Source: Betaproteobacteria bacterium UBA5216
Lineage (GTDB): Bacteria; Pseudomonadota; Gammaproteobacteria; Burkholderiales; SG8-41
Assembly (NCBI GenBank): GCA_002412495.1
Contig: DHVE01000021.1
Span: 14,126-78,125, forward strand
Length of the DNA stretch: 64,000 nt
Reading direction: 5' to 3'
The position numbers were made by a program, and so were the translations under genes. The notes beneath the pieces are model-generated. The model did not search any database. It was given only the letters and a program-made list of their open reading frames with translations, and had not been told where the DNA came from. Of this stretch, positions 27,801 through 37,354 are shown one piece after another; the stretch's first letter is position 1, and each line of letters begins with the position of its first letter.

Positions 27801-27837
27801 CCCCCACCCCAGCCCTCCCCCGCAAGCGGAGGAGGGG
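27801..27837. repeat. Single REP-like unit
   Basis: cccccaccccagccctcccccgcaagcggaggagggg between 6S RNA and EVE. Confidence 0.65.
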
Positions 27838-27847
27838 ATGTAGTGGC

Positions 27848-28026
27848 GGTTCCCCCGCCTGTGCCGTCAGGCCCGTTTCTTGAACCAAAGGTTCAAGGGG
27901 TCGCCTTCCGGATTCCTTTAGGTTCGTCCGCGTGGGACGCTCACACCGGTATCACTGGGGTCAGCAACCGTTTAATGCATATTGGCTCAAAGAAATTAAG
28001 GCCTTAACGAACACCGCAGGGGAATT
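27848..28026 (-). ncRNA. ssrS: 6S RNA
   Basis: Directly downstream of zapA; 5' ttcccctgcggtgttcg pairs with 3' cggcacaggcgggggaa; conserved ccttgaacc...ggttcaag hairpin; about 180 nt (ends approximate). Confidence 0.9.
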
Positions 28027-28050
28027 GCTGAACGCTTGATTCGATCAACG

Positions 28051-28374
28051 TCAAAACAATTTGGTTTGTTCCGACATCGCCTGATCGATCACCGTTTCCA
28101 TGCTGGCCATTCTACGCTTGAAGCTTGCCATGTCAAAGTTGCCGCCGACCTTGGCACCGAGGAATTCGTGCGTGATGTTGAGTGCCGCCATGATGGCGAT
28201 GCGTTCAAGCCCGACGATTCTGCCCTGATCGCGGATTTCTTCCATGCGACGGTTCAGATAATCCACCGCTTCGAGCAGGCCGGCTTGTTCGTCTTCCTTG
28301 CATGCGACGCGAAAATTACGTCCCATGATGGTGATTTGCAGTCCCTTGGGGTCTTTCGCTTCAGCGGCGCTCAT
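28051..28374 (-). CDS. zapA: Cell division protein ZapA
   Basis: ITIMGRNFRVAC, L..AVDYL, ERIAIMAALNI.HE. Confidence 0.93.
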   Translation of the reverse strand: MSAAEAKDPKGLQITIMGRNFRVACKEDEQAGLLEAVDYLNRRMEEIRDQGRIVGLERIAIMAALNITHEFLGAKVGGNFDMASFKRRMASMETVIDQAMSEQTKLF

Positions 28375-28571
28375 GTTGCGTCTTCGGGTATTTGTTGCAA
28401 CAAGGCTTCCAGGCGTTTGGTGGCGCCACCGATCTTGTCTTCAAGCTGGCGTTTGGCATTGAGCGCCGTCGCCACTTCCTGACGTAATTGGTGGTTATCC
28501 TCCCGTAGCTGCCGGCACAGTTTGACCAGTTGCGCCAGCTTGTCTTCGAGCGATTTGAGCTCTGCTTCCAT
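28371..28571 (-). CDS. Short coiled-coil protein (ZapB-like/TIGR02449-like)
   Basis: 66-aa heptad pattern LEDKLAQLV...LREDN..LR; overlaps zapA start. Confidence 0.8.
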   Translation of the reverse strand: MEAELKSLEDKLAQLVKLCRQLREDNHQLRQEVATALNAKRQLEDKIGGATKRLEALLQQIPEDAT

Positions 28572-28771
28572 GGCGGCACTATAGTTGTAAAAATTCCATC
28601 AAGTCAACTGCTAACGGCGAATAGTGAATGTAACTTGGTAGTTGTGTGTGGCGCTTTGGGCCATGTGTTCAAGGCCGCAATTTGCCCACGGCGCGTCAAC
28701 TGATGCGCAAGCGGCGCGTGTTACACTCCGCGCCGTTCGCGACGTGTGCAATCCGTAAGCACTGGCGTCAC

Positions 28772-29024
28772 GAACACGGAACTGGGTGCCGGTGCTCCTG
28801 TCGGAGCATCGGTTAAACGGGAAACCGGTGCGAGAAAAGTATTTATAAACAAATGCTTGCGTCTCAATGCCGGTACTGCCCCCGCAACGGTAAGTGAACG
28901 CGATGTTTGAGCAGAAGGTTGCCCAGCCATCGCGACGATGCATCAACAGCCACTGTGCGCTTGCGCGAATTCGCGCAACCATGGGAAGGCGATGCGTCTG
29001 TTTCATGAGTCCGGAGACCGGCCC
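28772..29024 (+). promoter_or_regulatory. Cobalamin riboswitch
   Basis: ggtgc..., ttaaacgggaaaccggtgcga, atgccggtactgcccccgcaacggtaa, gccactg, atgggaaggc, B12-box agtccggagaccggcc; upstream of a TonB-dependent receptor. Confidence 0.93.
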
Positions 29025-29176
29025 TTTCCGTTGGATGGAAGGATGGAAATGCCGCGGGGATGCGGTATGCCTGATCCAGTTGATCGCGGCATTCTTTTGT
29101 CATTCGACATTCCCCATGGCGTTTCCGGTGCGTTTTTTTAGCGCGCGGCGGGCGCGCACAACCATTTGGGGACGTT

Positions 29177-31282
29177 ATGAAACAACCTGTATTATTTTCA
29201 ATCGCACCACTGGCCGCGGCTGTGGTTGTCGCTATGACTACCGCACCTCAGGCGCGGGCGGCTGAACCTCCGGCCACCGTCGGGCCGCCGGTGATCGTGA
29301 CTACCATGCGCTTTCCGGAATCACTCGCGCCGTTGTCGCCCGGTGTCACGGTGATTACCGCCGATGACATCCGCAACAGCGCGGCGAAAACCGTGCCGGA
29401 CATTTTGTCGCAACAGGCCGGCATCAATGTGCGCGATTTGTTCGGTAACAACGCGGCCAGCACCACGGTCGACATGCGGGGCTTCGGCGCCAGCGGTTCG
29501 CAAAATACGTTGATACTGGTGGATGGCCGGCGCGTCAATGACATCGATTTGTCGGGCGTGCAGTGGTCCACCGTACCGCTGTCGGCCATTGAGCGCATTG
29601 AAATCGTGCGCGGCAGCGGCGCGGTGCTGTACGGCGATGGCGCGACCTCGGGCGTGATTAACATCATCACGCGGCCTGCATCGGCGCGTAAAAGCGGCGC
29701 AACGCTCGAAGCGCGCGGGGGTTCGTATGACGCGCACGAATGGCAAGTGAGCGGCAACGTGGCCGGTGCCAGTGCGGGATTCAGCGTGCAGGCCGGTAAC
29801 CTGGAATCCGCCGGCTATCGTGACAATAACCGCAACCGCCAGAGCAATCTGCTGGCCGATATGTACTGGTTAACCGGCGTGGGAGAGCTCACGCTGAAGC
29901 TGGCGTCTGATCGACAGGGCATACGCCTGCCCGGCGCGCGACAGGTGCAGCCGAGCACCGGCGTGAATCAACTCGACACCTATCGCCGGGGCGCCCAAAC
30001 GCCGCTCGATTACGCATCGCGCGACGGTGATCGCGCGATGCTCGATTGGCGCGTGACCACCGGTTTTGGTGAATTCAATCTGAGCGGCGGCTGGCGCGGC
30101 AAGGAACAAAAGTCGTATTTCGACTTCAGTGGTTTTCCCACCTATCGCATTGCCGATCTCGATGTGTTGTCGTTGACGCCGCGCGTCAAAATCACCACGC
30201 CGCTGGCGGGGTTCGGCAACACACTGGTGGCGGGCCTAGATTGGTATAGCTGGGATTACCAGCTGCGCACCTCGAATGCCCCTGGCAATATCGGCCGCCC
30301 AATCAATACGGTGGATGCCGAACAACGCAATGTCGCGTGGTATGTGCAGGATACGCTGCAACTGACCGAGCGTGCGGCGCTTACCGCTGGATTGCGCCAG
30401 GAGCGGGTGAGTATCGATGCGCGTGACCGGCATGATGCCACTGCGCCGGGGGGCGCGTTCGGATCGGGCGCGCCGGCCGGATCGCAGAAAAACACCGCGC
30501 ACGCGCACGAATTGGGGTTGCGTTATCAGTTAGCGGCGCAAACCGCGCTCAACGTGAAAACGGGCGAAAGCTTCCGATTCGCCAATGTCGATGAAGTCTA
30601 TGAGACCTCGGCACTGTTCACCCATCAGTTTCAGTTTCTGCGTCCGCAAAAAGCACGCACGTATGAGGCGGGCGTCGAAACACGCGGCACGGCGGGGCGT
30701 TTGCGCGGCTCGCTGTTTACCATGGACGTTCGCGATGAAATCCATCTCGACGCCTTCAGCACTGGCATCGGCAATACCAATCTTCCGCCGTCGCGCCGCC
30801 GCGGACTGGAACTGGATGGACAGTGGCTGGTGTCGAACGCGGTGACGCTGGGCGCGGCGTACAGTCACATTGACGCGCGATTCCGTGAAGGTGTATTGCC
30901 GGGCGGCGCGTTTACGCAGCTGAATGTGCAACTCGCGGGCAAATCGGTGCCGCTGGTGCCGCGCCATAAACTCACGGTGAACGCGGCGTGGGCGATCAAT
31001 CCGCAAACACGTTTGTCCGCCGTTGCCAATCACGTCGGCGCGCAATTCATGGACAACGATGAAGGCAACACGCTGGGCACGAAAATACCCGCGTACACGG
31101 TGGTGGATCTGAAGCTGCACTATCGCAACGGGCCGTGGCGCGTGGGCGCTGCCATCAACAATATGTTCGGCGAAAAATATTACAACTATGCCGTACGCAG
31201 CCAGTTCGTCGCCGATCGTTACAACGCGTATCCGTTGCCGAAGCGAAATGTGACGGTGAACGTGGCGTATGATTTTCGGTGA
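29177..31282 (+). CDS. btuB: TonB-dependent receptor, probable cobalamin transporter
   Basis: Plug motifs (VITADDI, LILVDG, IERIEIVRG..AVLYG), C-terminal barrel ending YDFR; under a B12 riboswitch. Confidence 0.85.
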   Translation: MKQPVLFSIAPLAAAVVVAMTTAPQARAAEPPATVGPPVIVTTMRFPESLAPLSPGVTVITADDIRNSAAKTVPDILSQQAGINVRDLFGNNAASTTVDMRGFGASGSQNTLILVDGRRVNDIDLSGVQWSTVPLSAIERIEIVRGSGAVLYGDGATSGVINIITRPASARKSGATLEARGGSYDAHEWQVSGNVAGASAGFSVQAGNLESAGYRDNNRNRQSNLLADMYWLTGVGELTLKLASDRQGIRLPGARQVQPSTGVNQLDTYRRGAQTPLDYASRDGDRAMLDWRVTTGFGEFNLSGGWRGKEQKSYFDFSGFPTYRIADLDVLSLTPRVKITTPLAGFGNTLVAGLDWYSWDYQLRTSNAPGNIGRPINTVDAEQRNVAWYVQDTLQLTERAALTAGLRQERVSIDARDRHDATAPGGAFGSGAPAGSQKNTAHAHELGLRYQLAAQTALNVKTGESFRFANVDEVYETSALFTHQFQFLRPQKARTYEAGVETRGTAGRLRGSLFTMDVRDEIHLDAFSTGIGNTNLPPSRRRGLELDGQWLVSNAVTLGAAYSHIDARFREGVLPGGAFTQLNVQLAGKSVPLVPRHKLTVNAAWAINPQTRLSAVANHVGAQFMDNDEGNTLGTKIPAYTVVDLKLHYRNGPWRVGAAINNMFGEKYYNYAVRSQFVADRYNAYPLPKRNVTVNVAYDFR

Positions 31283-31314
31283 GGCGCTTTTCAACACATT
31301 GAACGGCTAAGTAT

Positions 31315-31343
31315 TTGAATTTGAATCGGAAATTTGGTATCGT
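31315..31343 (+). promoter_or_regulatory. Candidate sigma70 promoter for msbA
   Basis: TTGAAT-N17-TATCGT with TG extension. Confidence 0.45.
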
Positions 31344-31350
31344 TCGCCCG

Positions 31351-33135
31351 GTGAATACGCCGCCGCGAACGATCTCCCGATCCCCGTCCCTGTCCAGTAC
31401 TGTGTTGTACCTGCGCCTGTTGCGTTACGTGGCGCCGTACAAGCATGTGCTGATCGTGGCGTTGCTCGGCGCCATCGTGGTGGCGCTGACCGAACCCGCG
31501 CTGCCCGCGATCATGAAGCCGCTGTTCGATGGCGTGTTTGTTGATCGCGATGCGGCAGTGATCCGCTGGATGCCAGTGATCATCATCGGTCTTTTTGTGG
31601 TGCGCGGTCTTGCGGAATACACCGCCACCTATTGCATGTCATGGGTGGGCAATCGGCTGGTGATGGATCTGCGCACGCAAATGTTTGCGCGATTGCTCGA
31701 ACTGCCGACGCCTTATTATGACGAGCAGGCCTCCGGCAATCTGATTTCCAAGTTGACCTACGACGTGACGCAGGTGACCGCGGCGGGAACCAGCGTACTG
31801 GCGGTGATTTTCAAGGACGCCGTCGCGATCATTGGCCTGCTGGCGTGGATGTTGTGGCTTAACTGGAAGCTCACCATGCTGTCGCTGATCATGACGCCGC
31901 TGATCGTGTTGATTGTGCGTCTGGTGAGCATTCGCCTGCGCAACACCAGCCGCAGCGTACAAGAGGCGATGGGCGAAGTCACGCAAGTAATCCAGGAGAC
32001 CATTGAAGGCCAGAAAGTCGTCAAACTGTACGGCGGACAGGCCTATGAATCCGGCCGCTTTGAAGTGCAGACCAATCGCGTGCGGCGGTTTTTGATGAAA
32101 CAAGCCGCGGCGGCCGCGACCAGCGTGCCGTTTGTTCAACTCGTGGCGGCTTGCGCGCTGGCGGGCATGGTGTATCTCGCCACGCGGGAATCCGGTTCCG
32201 GTGCCATTACGGTGGGTGGCTTTGTGTCGTTCATGACGGCGATGCTGATGCTCACCGCGCCGTTAAAACGCATTACCAGCGTCAATGAACCGCTGCAGCG
32301 CGGATTGGCGGCGGCGGAAAGCGTGTTTGCGCTGATCGATCAGGCGGGCGAGCTGGATCCCGGCGTTGTGGAAATCGAACGCGCGCGTGGCGACATTCGT
32401 TTTGAAAATGTGAGCGTTCATTATGACGGCGCATCACGGCCCGCGCTGGATGGCGTCACGCTCAACATCGCACCGGGTGAAACGGTGGCCCTGGTGGGCG
32501 CATCCGGCGCGGGCAAAACCACTCTGGCGAATTTGGTGCCGTGTTTTTACCGGCCCACGTCGGGACGCATTTTGCTCGATGGACATGATCTGGCCACCGT
32601 AAAGCTCGCCAGCCTGCGCGCGAATATCGCGCTGGTAAGCCAGGACGTGGTGTTGTTTAACGATACCGTCGCCGCCAACATTGCCTATGGCAGCATGAAT
32701 GGCGCCAGTGAATCGGACATCGCGGCAGCCGCGGACGCGGCCCATGCCACCGAATTCATCCGCCAGATGCCCAAGGGTTTCGCCACGCTCGTCGGCGAAA
32801 ACGGGGTGAAGCTCTCCGGCGGACAACGCCAGCGCCTGGCCATTGCGCGCGCGTTGCTGAAGAACGCGCCGGTGCTGGTGCTGGACGAAGCCACTTCGGC
32901 GCTCGATTCGGAATCCGAGCGTCACGTGCAGGCGGCGCTGGAAGTGCTGATGCGGGGGCGCACCACGCTGGTCATCGCCCACCGGCTGTCTACCGTGGAA
33001 AACGCCAACCGCATCGTGGTATTGGATCAAGGGCGTATTGTCGAGATCGGCACCCATCGTGAGCTGCTGGAACGCGGCGGGATTTACACGAAGCTGTACC
33101 GCAACCAGTTCACGCAACACGACCGGGTGGATTGA
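31351..33135 (+). CDS. msbA: Lipid A-core flippase ABC transporter
   Basis: YLRLLRYV.PY, 6-TM domain, GASGAGKT, LSGGQRQR, LDEATSALD, IAHRLST; start codon uncertain. Confidence 0.9.
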   Translation: MNTPPRTISRSPSLSSTVLYLRLLRYVAPYKHVLIVALLGAIVVALTEPALPAIMKPLFDGVFVDRDAAVIRWMPVIIIGLFVVRGLAEYTATYCMSWVGNRLVMDLRTQMFARLLELPTPYYDEQASGNLISKLTYDVTQVTAAGTSVLAVIFKDAVAIIGLLAWMLWLNWKLTMLSLIMTPLIVLIVRLVSIRLRNTSRSVQEAMGEVTQVIQETIEGQKVVKLYGGQAYESGRFEVQTNRVRRFLMKQAAAAATSVPFVQLVAACALAGMVYLATRESGSGAITVGGFVSFMTAMLMLTAPLKRITSVNEPLQRGLAAAESVFALIDQAGELDPGVVEIERARGDIRFENVSVHYDGASRPALDGVTLNIAPGETVALVGASGAGKTTLANLVPCFYRPTSGRILLDGHDLATVKLASLRANIALVSQDVVLFNDTVAANIAYGSMNGASESDIAAAADAAHATEFIRQMPKGFATLVGENGVKLSGGQRQRLAIARALLKNAPVLVLDEATSALDSESERHVQAALEVLMRGRTTLVIAHRLSTVENANRIVVLDQGRIVEIGTHRELLERGGIYTKLYRNQFTQHDRVD

Positions 33136-33138
33136 GTC

Positions 33139-33816
33139 ATGTTGCTGCGTGAGTTGGGCAAGGCATGGTTCCTGATACGGGGCCTGCCGAAATCGTTGGT
33201 GTTCAATTTGCGCTATTTTCCGTTGGCGCAGGCGCTACGTTTGCCGGTGCTGGTGGCTTGCAATGTCAAACTGATGCAGTTGGGCGGCAAGGTGACGGTG
33301 GCATCGAACCGCTTTGGTAATGTGAAACTGGGGTTTCAGGGGGGCGATGCGTTTCCGGCGGATGGGTCACGCGGCGTTTGGAGTCTGGCCAATCCGGGCC
33401 ACGTCAGTTTTGGCGGGAATATTCACTTTGGTCCCGGCGTGCGCATACACTGCGACGGAGTGCTTGATCTGGGTAACAACATCAGCTGCAACGCGGGGAC
33501 CACATTGTTTTGCGCGAAACACATACGCATCGGTGGCGGCACCGTCATGGCGTGGGATGTGACGATCATGGATCATGATTTTCATGCGGTTTTGCAAGAC
33601 GGGGCTATCATCAATCCGCCGGCTGATGTGGTTATCGAAGACAGGGTATGGCTCGGGGCGGATGTGATGGTGCTCAAAGGAGCGCATCTGGCTCGTGGCG
33701 TCGTGGTGGGCGCCCGCTCGCTGGTGCGCGGGAAACATGCCGACGAGGGGTGCGTTATGGCGGGAACGCCGGCACGAGTCATTCGTAAAGGCATCGCTTG
33801 GCGGGTTACCCCGTAA
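33139..33816 (+). CDS. Hexapeptide-repeat acyltransferase
   Basis: IMDHDFH, VVIEDRVWLG..V.VLKG, GTPARVI. Confidence 0.85.
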   Translation: MLLRELGKAWFLIRGLPKSLVFNLRYFPLAQALRLPVLVACNVKLMQLGGKVTVASNRFGNVKLGFQGGDAFPADGSRGVWSLANPGHVSFGGNIHFGPGVRIHCDGVLDLGNNISCNAGTTLFCAKHIRIGGGTVMAWDVTIMDHDFHAVLQDGAIINPPADVVIEDRVWLGADVMVLKGAHLARGVVVGARSLVRGKHADEGCVMAGTPARVIRKGIAWRVTP

Positions 33817-33974
33817 CGCCAGTGTTGGCGCATCCCCGCAGCAACAGATAAAATACCAAAATAATCAATGGCCTATGATGGCCGTTCCGTTGGGCGGCAT
33901 AAACATGAACGGCACTCTGACCCGTATCCAGATGATTCGCAAAACCACCCGGCCCCGGCGGCGATTTTTTTGAC

Positions 33975-34919
33975 ATGGTAATTTCTCATTCGCTGATCAT
34001 CCCGGTTTACCGCAACGAAGCGTTCCTGCCGGAAGTGTTGCAGGTGGTGCGCGATTTTGCCGCGCCGCTGGGTGGGGCATTTGAAGTGGTGTTTGTGGTG
34101 GACGGCAGTCCGGATCGTTCGGAGGAATGGCTGCTTAATCATTTGCCGGCGTGCGGCGTGCCGTCGCAACTGATCGTGCTGTCGCGCAACTTCGGGTCAT
34201 TCACGGCCGTGCGCACGGGGCTCGCGGCGGCGCGCGGCAATTTGATCGCGGTGATGGCGGCGGATTTGCAGGAGCCGCCGTCGCTGGTGACAGATTTTTT
34301 TCGCGTGCTGGCGGAAGGTAACGATGTGGCGGTCGGCACGCGCGCCACGCGCGGCGATTCCTTAAAGCAACAAGTGCCGAGCCAGATGTTCTGGGGGTTG
34401 TATCGCCGGCTGGTCAATCCACAAATGCCGCCCGGCGGCGTGGACATGTTTGCCATCACGGCGCGCGCGCGCGATGCGCTGCTGGCGCTGGACGAGGCGC
34501 ACAGTTCGTTGGTCGCACAGCTTTACTGGATAGGCTTTCCGCGCGTCGAAGTGCCGTATGACCGGCTCGCGCGCAAGCACGGCGAGAGCGGCTGGACATT
34601 GCGCAAAAAAATCACCTACCTGCTCGACAGCATTTTTTCATTTACCGACATTCCCATTACCTTGCTGACCCTGATGGGTTTGGTGGGCACCATCGTATTC
34701 CTGCTCGTCGGCGTGGGGCTGATGGCGGCGCGGCTACTGGGCATGATTCCGGTGCAGGGATACACGGCGATCATGGTGACCATACTTTTTTCGGCGTCGC
34801 TGATTTTGTTTGGCCTGGGCATCGTCGGCAATTATGTGTGGCGCGCGTATGAGAACACCAAGCATCGTCCGCTCGGCGTGGTGCGCACGCGCCTGACTTA
34901 CGGAGAGCCGAAGTCTTGA
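33975..34919 (+). CDS. GT2 polyprenyl-phosphate glycosyltransferase (GtrB/ArnC/WxcL-like)
   Basis: IIPVYRNE, VDGSPD, LSRNFG, AADLQEPP, two C-terminal TM helices. Confidence 0.9.
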   Translation: MVISHSLIIPVYRNEAFLPEVLQVVRDFAAPLGGAFEVVFVVDGSPDRSEEWLLNHLPACGVPSQLIVLSRNFGSFTAVRTGLAAARGNLIAVMAADLQEPPSLVTDFFRVLAEGNDVAVGTRATRGDSLKQQVPSQMFWGLYRRLVNPQMPPGGVDMFAITARARDALLALDEAHSSLVAQLYWIGFPRVEVPYDRLARKHGESGWTLRKKITYLLDSIFSFTDIPITLLTLMGLVGTIVFLLVGVGLMAARLLGMIPVQGYTAIMVTILFSASLILFGLGIVGNYVWRAYENTKHRPLGVVRTRLTYGEPKS

Positions 34920-35320
34920 CGCACGTAACCGTCCCCGCCCGAAAACTCACGCCGGTCGTGCGATTCTTAATTGCCGGCATGCTCAACACGCTGTTGTCCA
35001 TAGCGGTGTATCAGGCCGCGTTATGGGTAACCGGCCACATGGTTGCCTACGTGATTGCGTACGCCGTGGGCATCCTGTTTGCTTACGTGGCCTACGCGCG
35101 GCATGTGTTTGACGCGGCGCTGTCAAAACAACGCTTCGGTGCGTTTGCAATCTTCTACCTGGCCAGCGGCGGAATCGGCACGCTGGTCAACACGGCGCTG
35201 ATTGAACAGTTTGCGCTGCATGCGCGCGTGGCGATTTTCGTGACGGTGCTGATCATGCTGCCGGTCAATTACGCCGGATCCCGGTGGTGCGTGCGCGGCA
35301 CGCGGGGACACGCCCCATGA
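34916..35320 (+). CDS. GtrA-family small membrane protein
   Basis: RFLIAG.LNT, four TM helices, 134 aa. Confidence 0.85.
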   Translation: MTHVTVPARKLTPVVRFLIAGMLNTLLSIAVYQAALWVTGHMVAYVIAYAVGILFAYVAYARHVFDAALSKQRFGAFAIFYLASGGIGTLVNTALIEQFALHARVAIFVTVLIMLPVNYAGSRWCVRGTRGHAP

Positions 35321-35721
35321 CATTGGCCCTGGCGCGATTTGTAGATTTTGCCGTGAAAGGCGACGAGTTCGGCTGGCTGGTGGCGCTGGAGGGCGAGCGC
35401 AATGTGCCGTTCCCAATCAAGCGCGCCTATTATATTTTCGGCACGCGGCCGGGCGTGCGGCGCGGCAAACACGCGCACCGGCAGTTGACGCAAATGATGG
35501 TCTGCATCGCGGGACGCTGCACGGTACTGCTCGACGACGGCAAGGCAAGTGTAGAGGTCGAACTCGCACGCAATGATCGCGGGTTGATGCTCGATCGAAT
35601 GATCTGGCATGAGATGTACGACTTTTCACCGGATTGCGTGTTGCTGGTGCTGGCGGACAATCGTTACGACGAAGCGGATTACATTCGCAACTACGATGTT
35701 TTCAAGGCGGCTTGTACATGA
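35317..35721 (+). CDS. dTDP-6-deoxy-3,4-keto-hexulose isomerase (FdtA/QdtA cupin)
   Basis: [32 protein letters not shown]...YDE.DYIR. Confidence 0.92.
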   Translation: MTLALARFVDFAVKGDEFGWLVALEGERNVPFPIKRAYYIFGTRPGVRRGKHAHRQLTQMMVCIAGRCTVLLDDGKASVEVELARNDRGLMLDRMIWHEMYDFSPDCVLLVLADNRYDEADYIRNYDVFKAACT

Positions 35722-36185
35722 CGCCGCGCATTCATCCCACGGCCGAAGTGCAGACGGACGCCATCGGCGAGGGCACGCAGGTATGGCAGTACACGGTTGT
35801 GCTTGCGGGGGCCAAAATCGGGTGCGATTGCAATTTGAATGCGCACTGCTTCGTGGAAAACGACGTGGTGATCGGCGACCGCGTGACGTTAAAATGCGGC
35901 GTGTATCTGTGGGACGGCATGCGCGTGGGTGACGATGTGTTTATCGGCCCCAATGCGACGTTTGTTAACGACAAATATCCGCGTTCAAAACATTATCCCG
36001 CCGCGTTCTTGCCTGTGACCATAGGCAAGGGCGCTTCGATCGGCGCGAATGCCACGATACTGGGCGGCGTCACGGTTGGTGACGGCGCCATGGTGGGCGC
36101 CGGCGCGGTGGTGACGCGCGACGTGCCCGCTGGTGCGCTGGTGGTGGGCAATCCGGCGCGCGTGGTACGTGGCAACGGGGCATAA
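35718..36185 (+). CDS. Sugar N-acetyltransferase (WxcM/QdtC-type hexapeptide)
   Basis: [31 protein letters not shown]. Confidence 0.9.
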   Translation: MTPRIHPTAEVQTDAIGEGTQVWQYTVVLAGAKIGCDCNLNAHCFVENDVVIGDRVTLKCGVYLWDGMRVGDDVFIGPNATFVNDKYPRSKHYPAAFLPVTIGKGASIGANATILGGVTVGDGAMVGAGAVVTRDVPAGALVVGNPARVVRGNGA

Positions 36186-36217
36186 AATACCTAACCAATT
36201 GTATTTATTGACTAATT

Positions 36218-37324
36218 TTGAGCTTTCCTTTTCTTGACCTGGGCGCCATCAACGCCCGCGACCGTGCCGAGCTGATCGATGCGTTTTCGCGCGTGCTCGA
36301 CAGCGGCTGGTATGTGCTGGGCAAAGAGGTCGAGGCGTTTGAGCGCGAGTACGCCGATTATTGCGGCACGCGGCATTGCGTAGGCGTGGGCAATGGACTT
36401 GAGGCGCTGGAGCTTATTCTGCGCGCATGGCTGGAACTGGGCGCGCTGAAGCCGGGCGACGAAGTTATCGTGCCAGCGAACACTTATATCGCGACCCTGC
36501 TGGCGATCACGGAAAATCACTTGACGCCGGTGCTGGTCGAGCCCGATCTGGCGACGTACAACCTAGACGCGGCGCGGATCGAAGCCCATGTGGGTCCGCG
36601 CACGCGCGCGATATTGCCGGTGCATCTTTATGGCCAGACCGCGGACATGTCGGCGATCAATGCCGTCGCGCGCAAGCATGGCATGAAGGTTATCGAGGAC
36701 TGCGCGCAGGCGCATGGCGCGCGTCACGGCGGCGTGCGCGCCGGCGCATTGGGAGATGCGGCGGGACACAGTTTTTTTCCGAGCAAAAACCTGGGTGCGC
36801 TAGGTGACGCGGGCGCAGTGACAACCCACGACGATGCACTGGCGGACGCGCTGCGTGCGCTGCGCAACTACGGTTCGCACCGCAAATACGAAAATATCTA
36901 TCAGGGCGTCAACAGCCGCCTGGATGAATTGCAGGCGGCGCTGTTGCGCGCCAAGCTCTTGCGCATCGACACCGACAATCAGTGGCGCCGGGAAATTGCC
37001 GGTCGTTACATGCGGGAAATCCGCCACGCCGAAATCACATTGCCCGTGATTGGCACGCATAACGAACCGGTATGGCATGTGTTCGTGGTACGCGCGAAGG
37101 CGCGCGATGCGCTGCAAGCCCATTTGCAAAGTCAGGGCGTCGGCACGCTGATTCATTACCCCATTCCGCCGCACCGGCAGGCGGCGTATCGCGAATGGAA
37201 CACGCGCTCTTATCCCGTCACCGAACAAATACACCGAGAGGTACTCAGCCTGCCGATCAGCCCGGTAATGACCGAGACGCAGGTAACGGCGGTCGTGGCG
37301 GCGTGCAATACATGGCGCGCTTGA
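36218..37324 (+). CDS. DegT/DnrJ sugar aminotransferase (FdtB/WxcK-like)
   Basis: [38 protein letters not shown]. Confidence 0.93.
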   Translation: MSFPFLDLGAINARDRAELIDAFSRVLDSGWYVLGKEVEAFEREYADYCGTRHCVGVGNGLEALELILRAWLELGALKPGDEVIVPANTYIATLLAITENHLTPVLVEPDLATYNLDAARIEAHVGPRTRAILPVHLYGQTADMSAINAVARKHGMKVIEDCAQAHGARHGGVRAGALGDAAGHSFFPSKNLGALGDAGAVTTHDDALADALRALRNYGSHRKYENIYQGVNSRLDELQAALLRAKLLRIDTDNQWRREIAGRYMREIRHAEITLPVIGTHNEPVWHVFVVRAKARDALQAHLQSQGVGTLIHYPIPPHRQAAYREWNTRSYPVTEQIHREVLSLPISPVMTETQVTAVVAACNTWRA

Positions 37325-37354
37325 TGCGGGCAGGCGCGGAATAGCGCGCGGGAC

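Noticed and set aside
28611-29265. Small ORFs upstream of btuB
   Set aside because: Region is explained by the riboswitch and the divergent promoter region
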